A stretch of DNA of 63,111 nt, the filler included, from Octopus bimaculoides (lineage: Eukaryota), in NCBI RefSeq assembly GCF_001194135.2. It is 4 parts of 4 records of this genome, joined end to end, with 100 filler letters (N's around TTAATTAATTAA, not from the genome) between each part and the next. Parts side by side here need not be neighbours in the genome. Positions count along the whole stretch, not along the records: positions 21,621 to 44,858 come from NC_069008.1; positions 44,959 to 58,743 come from NC_068982.1; 2 more parts are not named here. One strand, written 5' to 3'. Both the position numbers and the translations under genes were made by a program. Every line of letters starts with the position of its first letter. The stretch's first letter is position 1. Positions 37,681-50,100 of the stretch are shown here, one piece after another. Below the pieces are notes generated by a model, which had not been told where the DNA came from, ran no database searches, and saw only the letters and a list, made by a program, of their open reading frames with translations.

Positions 37681-38583
37681 CTAGTACAAAAGTATTAAAA
37701 TACTAGCGACATATCAACAGAAAGATGTTTATGCATTCATGTAGCTGGTTAGTAACACGATAGCTTTCAGAGATTGGTGGCTATAATAGTTTGTAGTAGA
37801 AAATGCTTTTAAAATAGTGACCTTGTGAAATATGTTTACACACACACAATAACACAATTTCTTTTAGTTTCTGTTAGTTATAATAGTTACTTGTAAATAA
37901 TATATACACATGTAGTTAATGCATTGTGGAACAATATTCTTCAGATATCTTTCACTTGGTTTAGTCAGCGGACTGTGGCCATGCTGGGGCACTGCCTTGA
38001 GGACTTTACTTAAGCAAACTGACACCAGAGCTTTTTTAAAATCTTGGTATTTATTCTATCAGTTTCTTTTTGTCAAATCACTCAGTCACAAGGTATGTAA
38101 CCAAATGAAAACTGGTTGTCAAGCACTGGTGGGGGACAAATACAAGCATAAAAATACACACACGCACATTACTTAATTATTCACTTAACTATAATTAGCT
38201 AGTAGTACAAAATACATTCATATATATAATCGGAATTAGTTGTGTAACTCACATAAATACACACAAATTATTAATTAGACACTATAGAATTAGTTACTTA
38301 ATGATATGTTACAATTAGTTTTAGTTCATTAGTAGTACAAACGTAAAGTCACATAAAATCAGTTTGTTTATGTTTTATCCTTTGTCTTTTCACTTGTTTC
38401 AGGCATTAGACTGTGGCCAAGCTGGAGCGTTGCTTTGAAGAATTTTTAGTTGGATGAATCAACCTCAGTACTTATTCTTTTTTTTTAAGGCTGCTACTTA
38501 TTCTATCTGTCTTTTTTGCTGAACTGCTAAGTTACAGGAACATAAGCACAACACCAGTTGTTAAGTGGTGGTGGGGAACAAAC

Positions 38584-38644
<61 letters not shown>

Positions 38645-38647
<3 letters not shown>

Positions 38648-38886
38648 TCTTTCATTCTTTTACCTGTTTCAGTCATTTGACTGCAGCCATGCTGGAGCAC
38701 CACCTTAAAGGGTTTTTTAGTCGAAATCAACCCCAGGACTTATTCTTTTAAGCCTAGTACTTATTCTATCAGTCTCTTTTTTTGCTGAACAACTAAGTTA
38801 TGGAAATGTAAACATTCCAACATCAGTTGTCAAGCAATGGTAGGGGAACAAACGGAGACACAAAGACACACACATATAAATATATG

Positions 38887-38940
<54 letters not shown>

Positions 38941-39062
38941 ACAAATCTACCAATCCACTCACAAGGTTTTGATTGGCTCGAGGCTATCTTAGAAGACATT
39001 GAAGGTGCCATGGAGTGGGACAGAACCTGGAACCATGTGATTGGGAACCAACCTTCTTACCA
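38645..39062 (-). mobile_element. SINE family A, full length; further 3'-half copies at about 37950-38150 and 38380-38640
   Basis: Same head, tail and internal (CA)n tract as the other family A copies. Confidence 0.82.
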
Positions 39063-40214
39063 CCCACACATAATTTGTTTCAAGTCAAGTCAAGTCATTG
39101 TCATAGTATATCTGTCCCTGGGGTGGGGCATCTGAATCTTCTCATAATGACGATGATGATGATGATGAAGATGACAACAATGATGACATCAATGACGATG
39201 ATGACAATGGCAACAATAATGATGACGATGACAACAACAACAAGGATGATGATGATAATGATAATGATAGTGACAACAATAATTGCGATGTTGCTAATTA
39301 TAATTAGCTTTGTGCCAAAATTTGAAATCATTATTATTATCATAATTGTTACTATTTCATCCATCTTTATGTTCTGATTTGAAATTCTGCTGGGGTCGAT
39401 GTTGATTGTCATCTTTTCAGGGTCAATAAAATGAAGTACTAGTTGAGCACCTGGGGGTCAGTGTAATTGGCCTACCCCCTCCCTGGAACCATGTAATTGG
39501 TAAACAAGCTTCTTACCACACACAACATCATTTGTTTCAAGTAAAGTCATTGTCATAGCATATCTGTCCCTGGGGCAGGGTATCTGAGTCTTCTCATAAT
39601 GATGATGATGATGATGATAGCAACAATAACAATTAAGATGACGATGTTGCTTCACAGATTCAGTTAATCAAGTTTTTGTATTTCTTGATGAAAACCTGAA
39701 AATAAAAATGGAAAACAGATAAATCTTACACTGACATATTTTATGAAAAAAGAAGATAATCTTTGCACTTGAAGCAGTTTAGCTGCAGTCAGTACTTCCA
39801 GCCCACCCTACACTTATTCTATTCCCTATCTTGTCCTGTTCTATTATATAGCTAAAATACATACTTAATCTACTATTAACTAAAATGTTAATGGCTGCTA
39901 ATTAATACAACTACAAATATTTAAATGTTGTTGTTTTACCTGCTGCTGGTAACCATGTAATTCATTATAAATATTTTGGGGATATTGTTTCACTCGTAGG
40001 TTCAGGAACAGGAGATGCAAAAAGTGAAATCACACCCCTTAAAATTTTGTGGGGCAATGAAAATGCTTTGAACACCCTCCTGAAAAACTTCATTACCAAA
40101 ACAAACAAGATTAGAAACATCTTTGAACTGATTTGAAACATCACTTTTACATTATTGGATTTATCTGGTTTCATTGCTGTAGAAATATAATAATGATAAT
40201 AATTTAGGATGTGA

Positions 40215-40420
40215 ACTGCCCGAATCATTAGCACATCAGGCAAAATGCTTAGCAGTATTCTGTCTGTCTTTATGTCCTGAGTTCAAATTCTGCTGAGGTC
40301 AACTTTACCTTTCATCATTTTGAGGCTGATAAAATAAGTACCATTTGAGCACTGGGGATCAATGGAATTGATTTAACCCATCCCCCAAACTTGCTGGCCT
40401 TGAGCCAAAATTTGAAACCA

Positions 40421-40461
<41 letters not shown>

Positions 40462-40535
40462 TAAGGCAGCGAGCTGGCAGAAGTTAGCATGCTGGGCAAA
40501 ATGCTTAGTGGCATTTTGCTCATCTTTACATTCTG
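40215..40535 (+). mobile_element. SINE family B (40215-40420) plus a second truncated head (40464-40535) after (ATT)n
   Basis: Family B motifs, with a second GGCAGCGAGCTGGCAGAAG start. Confidence 0.75.
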
Positions 40536-40943
40536 AGTGGTGGTGGTGGTGGCGGTGGTGGCGGTGGTGGCAGTGGTGATGACGACGACAGTGACATCAA
40601 TGACAATGACCCTAATGATGATNNNNNNNNNNNNNNNNNNNNNNNNNNNNNNNNNNNNNNNNNNNNNNNNNNNNNNNNNNNNNNNNNNNNNNNNNNNNNN
40701 NNNNNNNNNNNNNNNNNNNNNNNNNNNNNNNNNNNNNNNNNNNNNNNNNNNNNNNNNNNNNNNNNNNNNNNNNNNNNNNNNNNNNNNNNNNNNNNNNNNN
40801 NNNNNNNNNNNNNNNNNNNNNNNNNNNNNNNNNNNNNNNNNNNNNNNNNNNNNNNNNNNNNNNNNNNNNNNNNNNNNNNNNNNNNNNNNNNNNNNNNNNN
40901 NNNNNNNNNNNNNNNNNNNNNNNNNNNNNNNNNNNNNNNNNNN

Positions 40944-40980
40944 TGGTGATGATGATGATGATGATGATGACGACGACGAC

Positions 40981-41025
<45 letters not shown>

Positions 41026-41076
41026 GATGATGATGATGGTGATGATGACGACGACGATGATGATGATGATGATGAC

Positions 41077-41126
<50 letters not shown>

Positions 41127-41136
41127 CGACGATGAT
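40944..41136. repeat. (GAT/GAC)n array left of the MULE; continues at 43206-43325
   Basis: Directly visible, same orientation on both sides of the MULE. Confidence 0.95.
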
Positions 41137-43205
41137 GGTGACCGGTAATTTGATTCATGGTAATTTCCCTCCTGGTATTTTGACCCCAGTAATTTGACCC
41201 CTGGTAATTTGACTGCCAGTCAATTTCACTCCCGATATTTGAAAGAAATAAAACGTTGAATAAAGATAAAGAAAAAAATACAGTAAAACATAAAAATATT
41301 ACTAAAAGCTTCAATAATGATGAAGGTTATGAGCTGTTGCTCCTAAAAAATCCATCTTATTTTCAGGACTATATCACTGAATAATTATCTACATCCATTT
41401 ATTTCTATCATTATATATCTCACCTTGATCAAATTCAACCTGTCTCAGTTGTGCCAAGTGTTAATTAATGCAGTAATTAATTTTCATATATTCGAATGTG
41501 TGCAAGTTGAAGAACTTTGTAGTGCATTGTGATATCCCTCCAAATGGTTATTAGTGTGAGGCATATCTGATTCTGTTCTAAAGCAGACATTCCAACTATT
41601 AGTGGGAAACAAAGGAGAAGTTCTTCATTGTCTAATTCCTCACACACACCCTATGTATGATAATTCAAAGTAGGACACAGGTTCGTCGTCATCTACAAGT
41701 ACTTCAAATCCGTCAATCACATCATCGAGAGGAAGAATTACCAGCGCTGAAAAGCATCTGATTTTAATGCTAAACTCATTATTATGATAGTATCTTTCCT
41801 TAAAGCCAAATTCACATACTTTTCTGTACACATTTTGAGATAGATGAAAAAGACAATATGAGATGGAAGCCCTAGGAAACACAGATAAAATGCTATTAAA
41901 GTGAGTTTTTTCAAAATCCATCATAACATTTTCAGGGCTCAGTCCTTGATATAATTTATTTAGCTTATTAAAAAAGCAGGTGTAAGTTTCTTGGCTTTTG
42001 TTTGGAAGTAATGCAAACAATCATGGAACACTAAATGAACCCACTTGAATATGAAGTGTGTACAACTGATAAGATATAGTTGGGAAGCACTTAAAAGTTC
42101 CACCACCTTGCCCAGTGTTTTACATTCACTAAGTCATCAATCCCTTTATCAGTTGCAAACACAAGTAATCTGTCTACATCAGTTTCACCTCGATCAAACT
42201 GTAAGAAAAGTTCGCCACTATCAAGGAACTTGTATTCATCAGGTTTCTCATAACCAAATTGACTCTGAGGGATTGGAGGAGGGCACTTACTTTTGCTTGA
42301 TGCCAGTTCCTTATATCGTGACTTACACACAAAGAGGAAGGCATGTGAGCCAGTTCATTTTCATCAAGCTTTCTTCAAGTATTTGCACTTAACGAATGAG
42401 AAGATTCCTGGGAAGCTTGTGCCTTTAGGTCCACTAAGGTTTTGTGAACGTTGTGTTTCAAGCCACATGAAGTATGATGTTCACCAATGTGCTTAATTAT
42501 GGTATAATCTTCATCGTGTATCATGGTGTGGACTTGAGCTTTACTGGACTTAACTTTGCATTTCCAGTAATTCTTAGATCTATCAGCATTTTGTTTCTGT
42601 GCTGCATATATGCAATTCATGTCATCCACAAGTTTCTTCCTTCCATGGATACAGTTAAAAACGTGAAGTATGGTGTATGTGTATTTCCTTTTTAAGTAAC
42701 TTTTATATCTTTGTAAGTTTGATAAACAATTTGACAAAGTATTTACACGAACGCACAAAGCTTACTGTTACATGAGGTTACATGGCTCACAGTGAATTGC
42801 TTGCCAATCAACTCCTGATAACTTGACAATTCTTTATTTATAGAAAATGTGACAGTCCACTTTTAATCATATGGTGGTGGTCAGAATCCTTCCACAACAG
42901 TAACGAATGAGGCAGGGATGGTTCACAAGTAAACCTGTAAACTCTTTAAATAAAACACCCAAATAGATGATTGTAAAGATACTTTCAATGAACTAAATTA
43001 CTCTGTAAATTATCATCATCATCATCATTATCATCAACAACAACAGCAACAATGATGAACTTCAAAGTTTTATTTACTTATTTTTACTAGTATTAGGAGT
43101 GAAATTACCAAGAATAAAATTGACCAGCAGTCAAATTACCAGGGGTCAATTACTAAAGCCAAAATACTGGGAGTGAAATTACCAGAAGTCAAATTACCTA
43201 GAACC
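41137..43205 (-). mobile_element. Full-length but inactivated MULE/Mutator DNA transposon
   Basis: TIRs GGTGACCGGTAATTT.. / ..AAATTACCTAGAACC built from repeated GGTAATTT motifs. Perfect 9-bp TSD GACGATGAT (41128-41136, 43206-43214). Frameshifted transposase inside. Confidence 0.9.
41400..42758 (-). pseudogene. Disrupted MULE transposase (FLYWCH-like DNA-binding region plus DDE domain)
   Basis: Fragments: YWKC..KAQVHT..GEHH (42375-42758), FLQFD..DRLLVFAT (42091-42330), GGTFK (DGTFK with D>G), FALLPNKSQETY..MMDFEK..CLFHLSQ (41640-42020), and TNNHLEGYHN. Stops and frameshifts throughout. Confidence 0.88.
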
Positions 43206-43288
43206 GACGATGATAATGATGACGGCGGTGATGATGACAATGATGATGAAGATGACGACAACGACAATGGTTACAACAGTTATGACCC

Positions 43289-43323
<35 letters not shown>

Positions 43324-43845
43324 CAATGAAACAATTTCCTGAAGATATTTCTAATGGATTACATGGCTACCAGTAGCAGGTTTCTGCCTGTAAGTAGTGA
43401 AATAATATCCTTGAGATATTTGCAGCTATAATAATTAGTTAGCAGCTATTAACATTTTAGTTAATAGTAGGTCAAGTATGTCTTCAAGCTGTGTGATGGG
43501 ACAGGACAAGATGGAACTTAAAGCTAGTGTGAAGTGGGTTGGGGTGGAAGTACTGACTGCTTTGAGTGCAAAGATTATCTTCACTTTTGATAAAATACAT
43601 TAGAGTAAGGTTTTTCTGTTTTCCATTTATTTTCAGGTTTTCATTAGAAACTGTTCTATATTTAAGATATGAGGAATTATGTACATTATTTACATTCTTT
43701 ACATTATTTACATTTGATGGATATTTGTCCTCATCTTGTTTGTTGTTAACACGTTTTGGCTGATATATCCACCAGCCTTCATGAGGTGTCTTGGGGAAAT
43801 TTTGAATCTGGGTTCTCATTCCTAAGGTATTTTTCGATGTTATTA

Positions 43846-43936
<91 letters not shown>

Positions 43937-43974
43937 ATTATTATTATTGTTGTTGTTGTTGTTGTTGTTGTTAT

Positions 43975-44490
43975 TCATCATCATCATCATCGTTTAACGC
44001 CTGCTTTCCATGCTAGCATGGGTTGGACAATTTGACTGAGGACTGGTGAACCGGATAGCTGCACCAGGCTCCAATCTGATCTGGTAGAGTTTCTACAGCT
44101 GGATGCCCTTCCTAACGCCAACCACTCTGAGAGTGTAGTGAGTGCTTTAACATGCCACTGGTATGAGGGCCAGTCAGGCGGTACTGGCAACGGCCACGCT
44201 CAAAATGGTGTTTTTTACGTGCCACCTGCACAGGAGCCAGTCCAGCGGCACTGGCAACGACCTTGCTCGAATGTTTTCTAACGTGCCACTGGCACAAGTG
44301 CCAGTAAGGCGACGCTTGTAACGATCACTCTCCAATGGTGCTATTTACATGCCACTGGCATGGAAGCCAGACAGCTGCTCTGGCAATGATCATGCTTGGA
44401 CGGTGCTGTTAGTGCTCCACTGGTACAGGTGCCAATCATCGAATATGGTTCAATTACGATTTCGATTTCACTTGCACCAACAGGTCTTTG
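43975..44490 (-). mobile_element. Family D copy, longest in the window
   Basis: (CAT)nCGTTTAACG.. reverse complement of the family D 3' end, followed by repeated GTGCCAC(T/C)GGCA modules. Confidence 0.8.
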
Positions 44491-44619
44491 CAAAGGTATA
44501 TTATTGATATAAAAGATGGTGTAAAGCTCTCCTCAGCTGCAAACACTGTTAGTCCAAAAATTACATCACAAAAGAAAAAGTACACGTAGTATTACCCATT
44601 ATAATAGGTTTATCGCATC

Positions 44620-44835
44620 CCTTTACTCCTTTACTTGTTTCAGTCTTTTGACTGTGGCCATGCTGGAGCACCACCTTTAGTCAAGCAATTGACCCCAGGA
44701 CTTATTCTTTGGAAGCCTAGTACTTATTCTATCAGTCTCTTTTGCCGAACCATTAAGTTACGGGGGACGTAAACACACCAACATCGGTTGTCAAGCGATG
44801 TTGGGGGGACAAACACAGACACACAAACACATACA
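44620..44835 (-). mobile_element. SINE family A, 3' half
   Basis: TTTCAGTCTTTTGACTGTGGCCATGCTGGAGCACC..AAACACAGACACAC followed by (TA)n and a gap. Confidence 0.8.
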
Positions 44836-46119
44836 AATACATATATATATACATATATNNNNNNNNNNNNNNNNNNNNNNNNNNNNNNNNNNNNNNNNNN
44901 NNTTAATTAATTAANNNNNNNNNNNNNNNNNNNNNNNNNNNNNNNNNNNNNNNNNNNNTATATATATATATGTATATATGTGTGTATGGGGACATGCACA
45001 CATATGGGTATATTTGTGTAGGCATGGGTACGTATGTGCATATGTGTAAATGTGGACGTATGTGTGTATACGTGTGTGTGTAAATATATATATATATACA
45101 CACATATATATATGTATATGTATGTGTATATATATGTATGTATATGTGTATATGTGTATATGTATTTATGCATGCATGTATGTTTTCACACATATGTATG
45201 TGTTGTCCAACCCACTATCCGGTAGCGTCGAATTTTCTAACGGTTTTTTTCAAGTGAAACACGTCATAACCTTATCCAGCTATTGTTTTTCATACTCGGT
45301 CATAATGTCTTACGTTTAAGATGATTCCCATGCATTCTCTGAAGAGACGGTTACAATTTTAATATCACAGATCCCCATGGATCACACAGGTTGTAATCCT
45401 TTGAAAGATATGTAGGAATTAAGTATGCAATTATAACATGCGTTTTCTCCATATCTTAAATTTTAAAATATACTCAAATACCCAACATTTCAAGGAGTTC
45501 CTGCCTTAAAAACAGGAACTACACCACAGTTATTTTGTGTTCTTTGCTACGTTGGTTTCTATTAACCCATTTATTCTATCCGAAGAATTTTTATTCATTA
45601 AGATAGAAGAAATACATATAATTATATATATATATATTAGAGTGACCCTTAGAATAGGTAAATCTCTGAAAGTTAAAATTTTGCAGCACTCATCCCCCTA
45701 TTCCTGCTCCAATAAAGACGAAAATGGGATGTGGAACATCTCAGCTTAATCAGACAATTGCTAAGCAACCATCAAACGCATTGAATTTGGAAGAGAGCAT
45801 ACGCAACTTTTAATTTTGTTCAAAAGCAGTATACAGTTCCCTTTCTCGACCATTTTCTTTTTAGATTTTTAGAGAAATTTATGTGGACACATTCAGGCAA
45901 CCCCAACAGATGTTTAAAAACGCTCTGAATCAAATTTACCAATAGCTACTTTGAAAAATTCCTGAGATAAGATGAAAAACGTAAGAAATAGTAGGTTTTC
46001 TTAATAAAGCACATAACTTCTAGAAGAGAAACGCATTTTTATTTTGAACAATTATTTCTATAGAATCAAAAGCATAATGTGAATACTGAATTTTGAACAT
46101 TACTTTTGCATAAGAGAAG

Positions 46120-47182
46120 ATTTAGTGGCAGTTGTGTATGTTTTACGGTAATGATCTGTAAAACAAACTGTTTCTCACTTTCATCTTTTGTGAGAATGTT
46201 ATTGTAATGCTGAATGAGTTTGACACATTTTTCTGCAACATCATTCACGACATCTGTCTTCTCAAGTTTTTCAAGCCCACTGTTGTAACTAGGGTCATCC
46301 TTCCATGTTGAAGGGTCTTTGTCGAGGAAATCAATGCTGATAGAAAATCTCCCTGCTTGAGCAATATTTGCCTTAACCTCTGTTGAAACATTGTCATCAA
46401 ATATGGATAGAGCCACAGTTTTGAGAGCTAAGTCCCAGAGGTGGATGGAAATTCTTTTCGTAGCAGCCTTACTGATTTCTGGATCAATATCTTTATGACT
46501 TATCAGTTGAAGCATGAATAGGAAACCAGGCTCGAAGCATGAAAACAGAAACCAGGCTCGAACATACACTCGAGCAAGAAAAATAAATATTCTTCTTAAA
46601 GAGTTCTTCGTGGGAGATAACTGAAATTGAACTTGAAACAGGTATATCTGGAATGCGTCAATTGCTTTTGACATCTACCTAGCATGACTTACAGTTCCTA
46701 GTGTACGAAACGATATTCCGTTCATCAGAATGCCGCCAAGGAATGTCATCGTTAACTCCAACAATTCTCGGTAATCATTTCGCTGTTGTTTCTGCGTAGA
46801 AAAGGTGGTATTCAAGAAATCGTAGAATGGTAGAGCGGACATCATCAGGCAATTTATTGCTAAAAGTTATGTAAACCTTGTGAGTTTCGTGTATGTTTTT
46901 TTAAATCTTCTGGACCAGAAGTTGCACCCATCGGTAAGTCAAAAGAACTCCTAAAAAAACTACCTCAAACATATGATGACGGCAAGGGAAGTACAACAGG
47001 CCGTGATTGAACCATCTTTCTAGATTTATACAGGCACCATTTACTCCACCAGTGTTGCTTACTGTCGTATCACAGCAAAGCGTCTGAATTTTGTCGGTTA
47101 TACCCCACTTCTCCACTGCTTGGTTAACAGCCATGGCTTGCTGTTCTCCTGAAGATGTTGGAATTACAGGGACTCCCAACAA
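46120..47182 (-). pseudogene. Degraded hAT-superfamily (hATm-like) transposase
   Basis: Motifs CCDTTVSNTGGVNGAC..LLYFPCRHHMFEVV, RNDYRELLEL..FLGG..F..LGTVSHAR*MSKAI and VVNDVAEKCVKL..ILTKDESEKQFVLQ. Frameshifts, plus a 25-26 bp internal tandem duplication at 46509-46559. The element probably spans about 45638 to the gap at 47863. Confidence 0.78.
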
Positions 47183-50100
47183 TTACTCCTTGCCTTGAAA
47201 AGTTACTATTATTGCCAGTCTATCAACCTCTTACAACGCCTATGAGTTCTGGGAGGAACTTTCCATCTCAGTGCAACACTAATTCTTCACAATCGTTTAC
47301 GTTAAATTTGTGCTGTATTTCTGTGTGTCTCGCTTCTCTAAATTTTGTTCTAAGACGTTGAAAATAAGTGTACAAAGCACATAACATTATAAAAACGGAG
47401 AGGTTTTAAATATGGCATTACAACTTTGTCAAGGCTACCAACACAACAAGGGAAAATCTACATCATAATCCCCCACAACAAAATGAATGAGTGCTTACAA
47501 GTTATTACAAATAAATTAACTTATATTTACAAATGCGGACAAGACTTATTATTTTACTGTTTATTACTAATGTATATCCCTTGATATTTTATTTCTCTAC
47601 ACTACCAAGAGATGACGGCGAAAAATAGGTGTTTGTCCTGTATTTGAACTCTGTCCGCAGCTTTGCAAGTTGCATTACCCATTATCTTTATTGACACTTA
47701 TTCTTCCATTACCAAGAATAAGTCTGAATAAGTTTTTAATTTAAGAGAAAATTATATCAGCGAAAAAGTTTTATCTGAAAAAAAAAAAATGACTTTCCGG
47801 GCGAAAGCTTTAAAATTTCATGCTCGATGAGGGTCGCCATGCAGTTGTTCGATTGAGCTAAANNNNNNNNNNNNNNNNNNNNNNNNNNNNNNNNNNNNNN
47901 NNNNNNNNNNNNNNNNNNNNNNNNNNNNNNNNNNNNNNNNNNNNNNNNNNNNNNNNNNNNNNNNNNNNNNNNNNNNNNNNNNNNNNNNNNNNNNNNNNNN
48001 NNNNNNNNNNNNNNNNNNNNNNNNNNNNNNNNNNNNNNNNNNNNNNNNNNNNNNNNNNNNNNNNNNNNNNNNNNNNNNNNNNNNNNNNNNNNNNNNNNNN
48101 NNNNNNNNNNNNNNNNNNNNNNNNNNNNNNNNNNNNNNNNNNNNNNNNNNNNNNNNNNNNNNNNNNNNNNNNNNNNNNNNNNNNNNNNNNNNNNNNNNNN
48201 NNNNNNNNNNNNNNNNNNNNNNNNNNNNNNNNNNNNNNNNNNNNNNNNNNNNNNNNNNNNNNNNNNNNNNNNNNNNNNNNNNNNNNNNNNNNNNNNNNNN
48301 NNNNNNNNNNNNNNNNNNNNNNNNNNNNNNNNNNNNNNNNNNNNNNNNNNNNNNNNNNNNNNNNNNNNNNNNNNNNNNNNNNNNNNNNNNNNNNNNNNNN
48401 NNNNNNNNNNNNNNNNNNNNNNNNNNNNNNNNNNNNNNNNNNNNNNNNNNNNNNNNNNNNNNNNNNNNNNNNNNNTATATATATATATATATATATGCAG
48501 GATATGTGTTTTATCTTGCAAATATTTATGTAACGGATGTCCATATATAGCAGATTTATCTTGAACAAATAACTGTTGAATACTATTAAATATTACAGAG
48601 AGCATATCGACTTTATTTACCGGTGGAAATTGTACATTTACTTCTTTCATAGTGTACTGATGTAAGGAAAATGGTGCAATGGAATGTAAGATGATATTTG
48701 AAGTCGGTTACATATGCAAATTAAATAGCGAATTGCAAATTGCTCATGTAAATTATAGATTGATGACTACTGCATTATTATTTAAAATAAAGCAGTTATG
48801 TAGATTAGGCGAATTTAACTATATAGAAATGAATTGAATATAATTAGAGGAAATCATCCTTAATTCGCGAAGAATTTATTTCCTATGGTCATATGGATGC
48901 AAAATCATAAAAACGGATATCATGGATTACAAAAAACCTCATTGAGTGACAATGAATCTCAGAGTTACTCGCTGTAAAAACTTGACAGGCGTTTTTGTTG
49001 TTAGTGTACGACTTTACTCAGGAGAGTATGTTCTATTTTAGGCTGCAGAAGATAATTTTGATTATCAAGTTAGAAAGCAGCATCTTGTCGCTTTTGCGAT
49101 TCCATAAGGTGTAGAAATGTTTGTTATATTGTCACATGAATAGATTCACAATAACGTATAAATAGGTTTTTGTTCCTGCAGTAGTAGTTAGGTACACTAT
49201 TTTGAGCTACTGAACTATTGTTCTGGTTAGTGCATTTGCACTTTATATAATATTGAAATAAATTTCAAATATTTGTTGAGGTTTATATCTTGAGAAATGA
49301 GAAATAGACGTGCTTTGATTTCACAAGATCCCAGCTAATTGAGTATTGAGGATACACAATAACACAATTCTTAACTGTAAAAACCTCCTGCAGTCTGAAT
49401 AAATAACATTCTAAGACGAAGTGTATTTTCGTATGTTTGATTAATTCTGTCGTAGCATTATGTGTGAAATTATCTGTATGTTACTTAGAGATGGGTAAAG
49501 AGTGTATTGGTACGATTAGTTTGTAATGTAAATTACTAGATCTGAAGGTTTTAATCAAGTTTAATGTTGAAACGTTGCAGTCTATTCAAATTAGGGTTTT
49601 GTAGGTGTTACATATGGAGTTAGATAGAAATAGATGATATATAAGTTGACGCAGTTCCTAACTATTTCCTGTTCTTTTTTATTGAATATCTTATAACTAT
49701 TTTCGCATTTTGCTTTGTAATCTTACTTAAATCTTTTCGTTTTACTTGTGTCTTACTTAAATCTTTTAGTCTTACTTAAATTCCTTGTGACGATAAACAC
49801 CTAACCATCAAGCAGTTTCCAGCCTTTTCTTTGTCTACATACAAAAAGTTCTTTTGTAAGCTAATTACTTGCTAAATAAGTCTCCTTTCCTCGGTAATCT
49901 CAGACTTTCCTGTTGAATCGAGAGATATTTCTATTCGATATATCTATTTCTTCATATCTCGGTATCTTATAGCTTTAAAGTTCTCTATATGATAGCGGGA
50001 TATATATCAGAGTAACCTTTGATACATATATAAATATGTGCATATATGTGCATACGATCTCACGCGTGCACGCACAAACACGCACTCACAAACACACACA

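Larger units (their letters stand above)
39681..43650. repeat. Old inverted duplication, arms 39681-39992 and 43327-43650
   Basis: Collinear shared blocks TGAAACAAT, TTACATGG(T/C)TACCAG, ATTAACATTTTAGTTAATAGTAG, ACAGGACAAGAT, GGAAGTACTGACTGC, AGTGCAAAGATTATCTTC and CTGTTTTCCATTT..TTTTCAGGTTTTCAT. Roughly 75-80% identity by eye. Confidence 0.85.

Noticed and set aside
45340-45470. Minus-strand LCDPWG resembling the SLC5 CDPW motif
   Set aside because: Surrounding residues are unlike SLC5, a stop follows closely, and there are no fitting splice sites.
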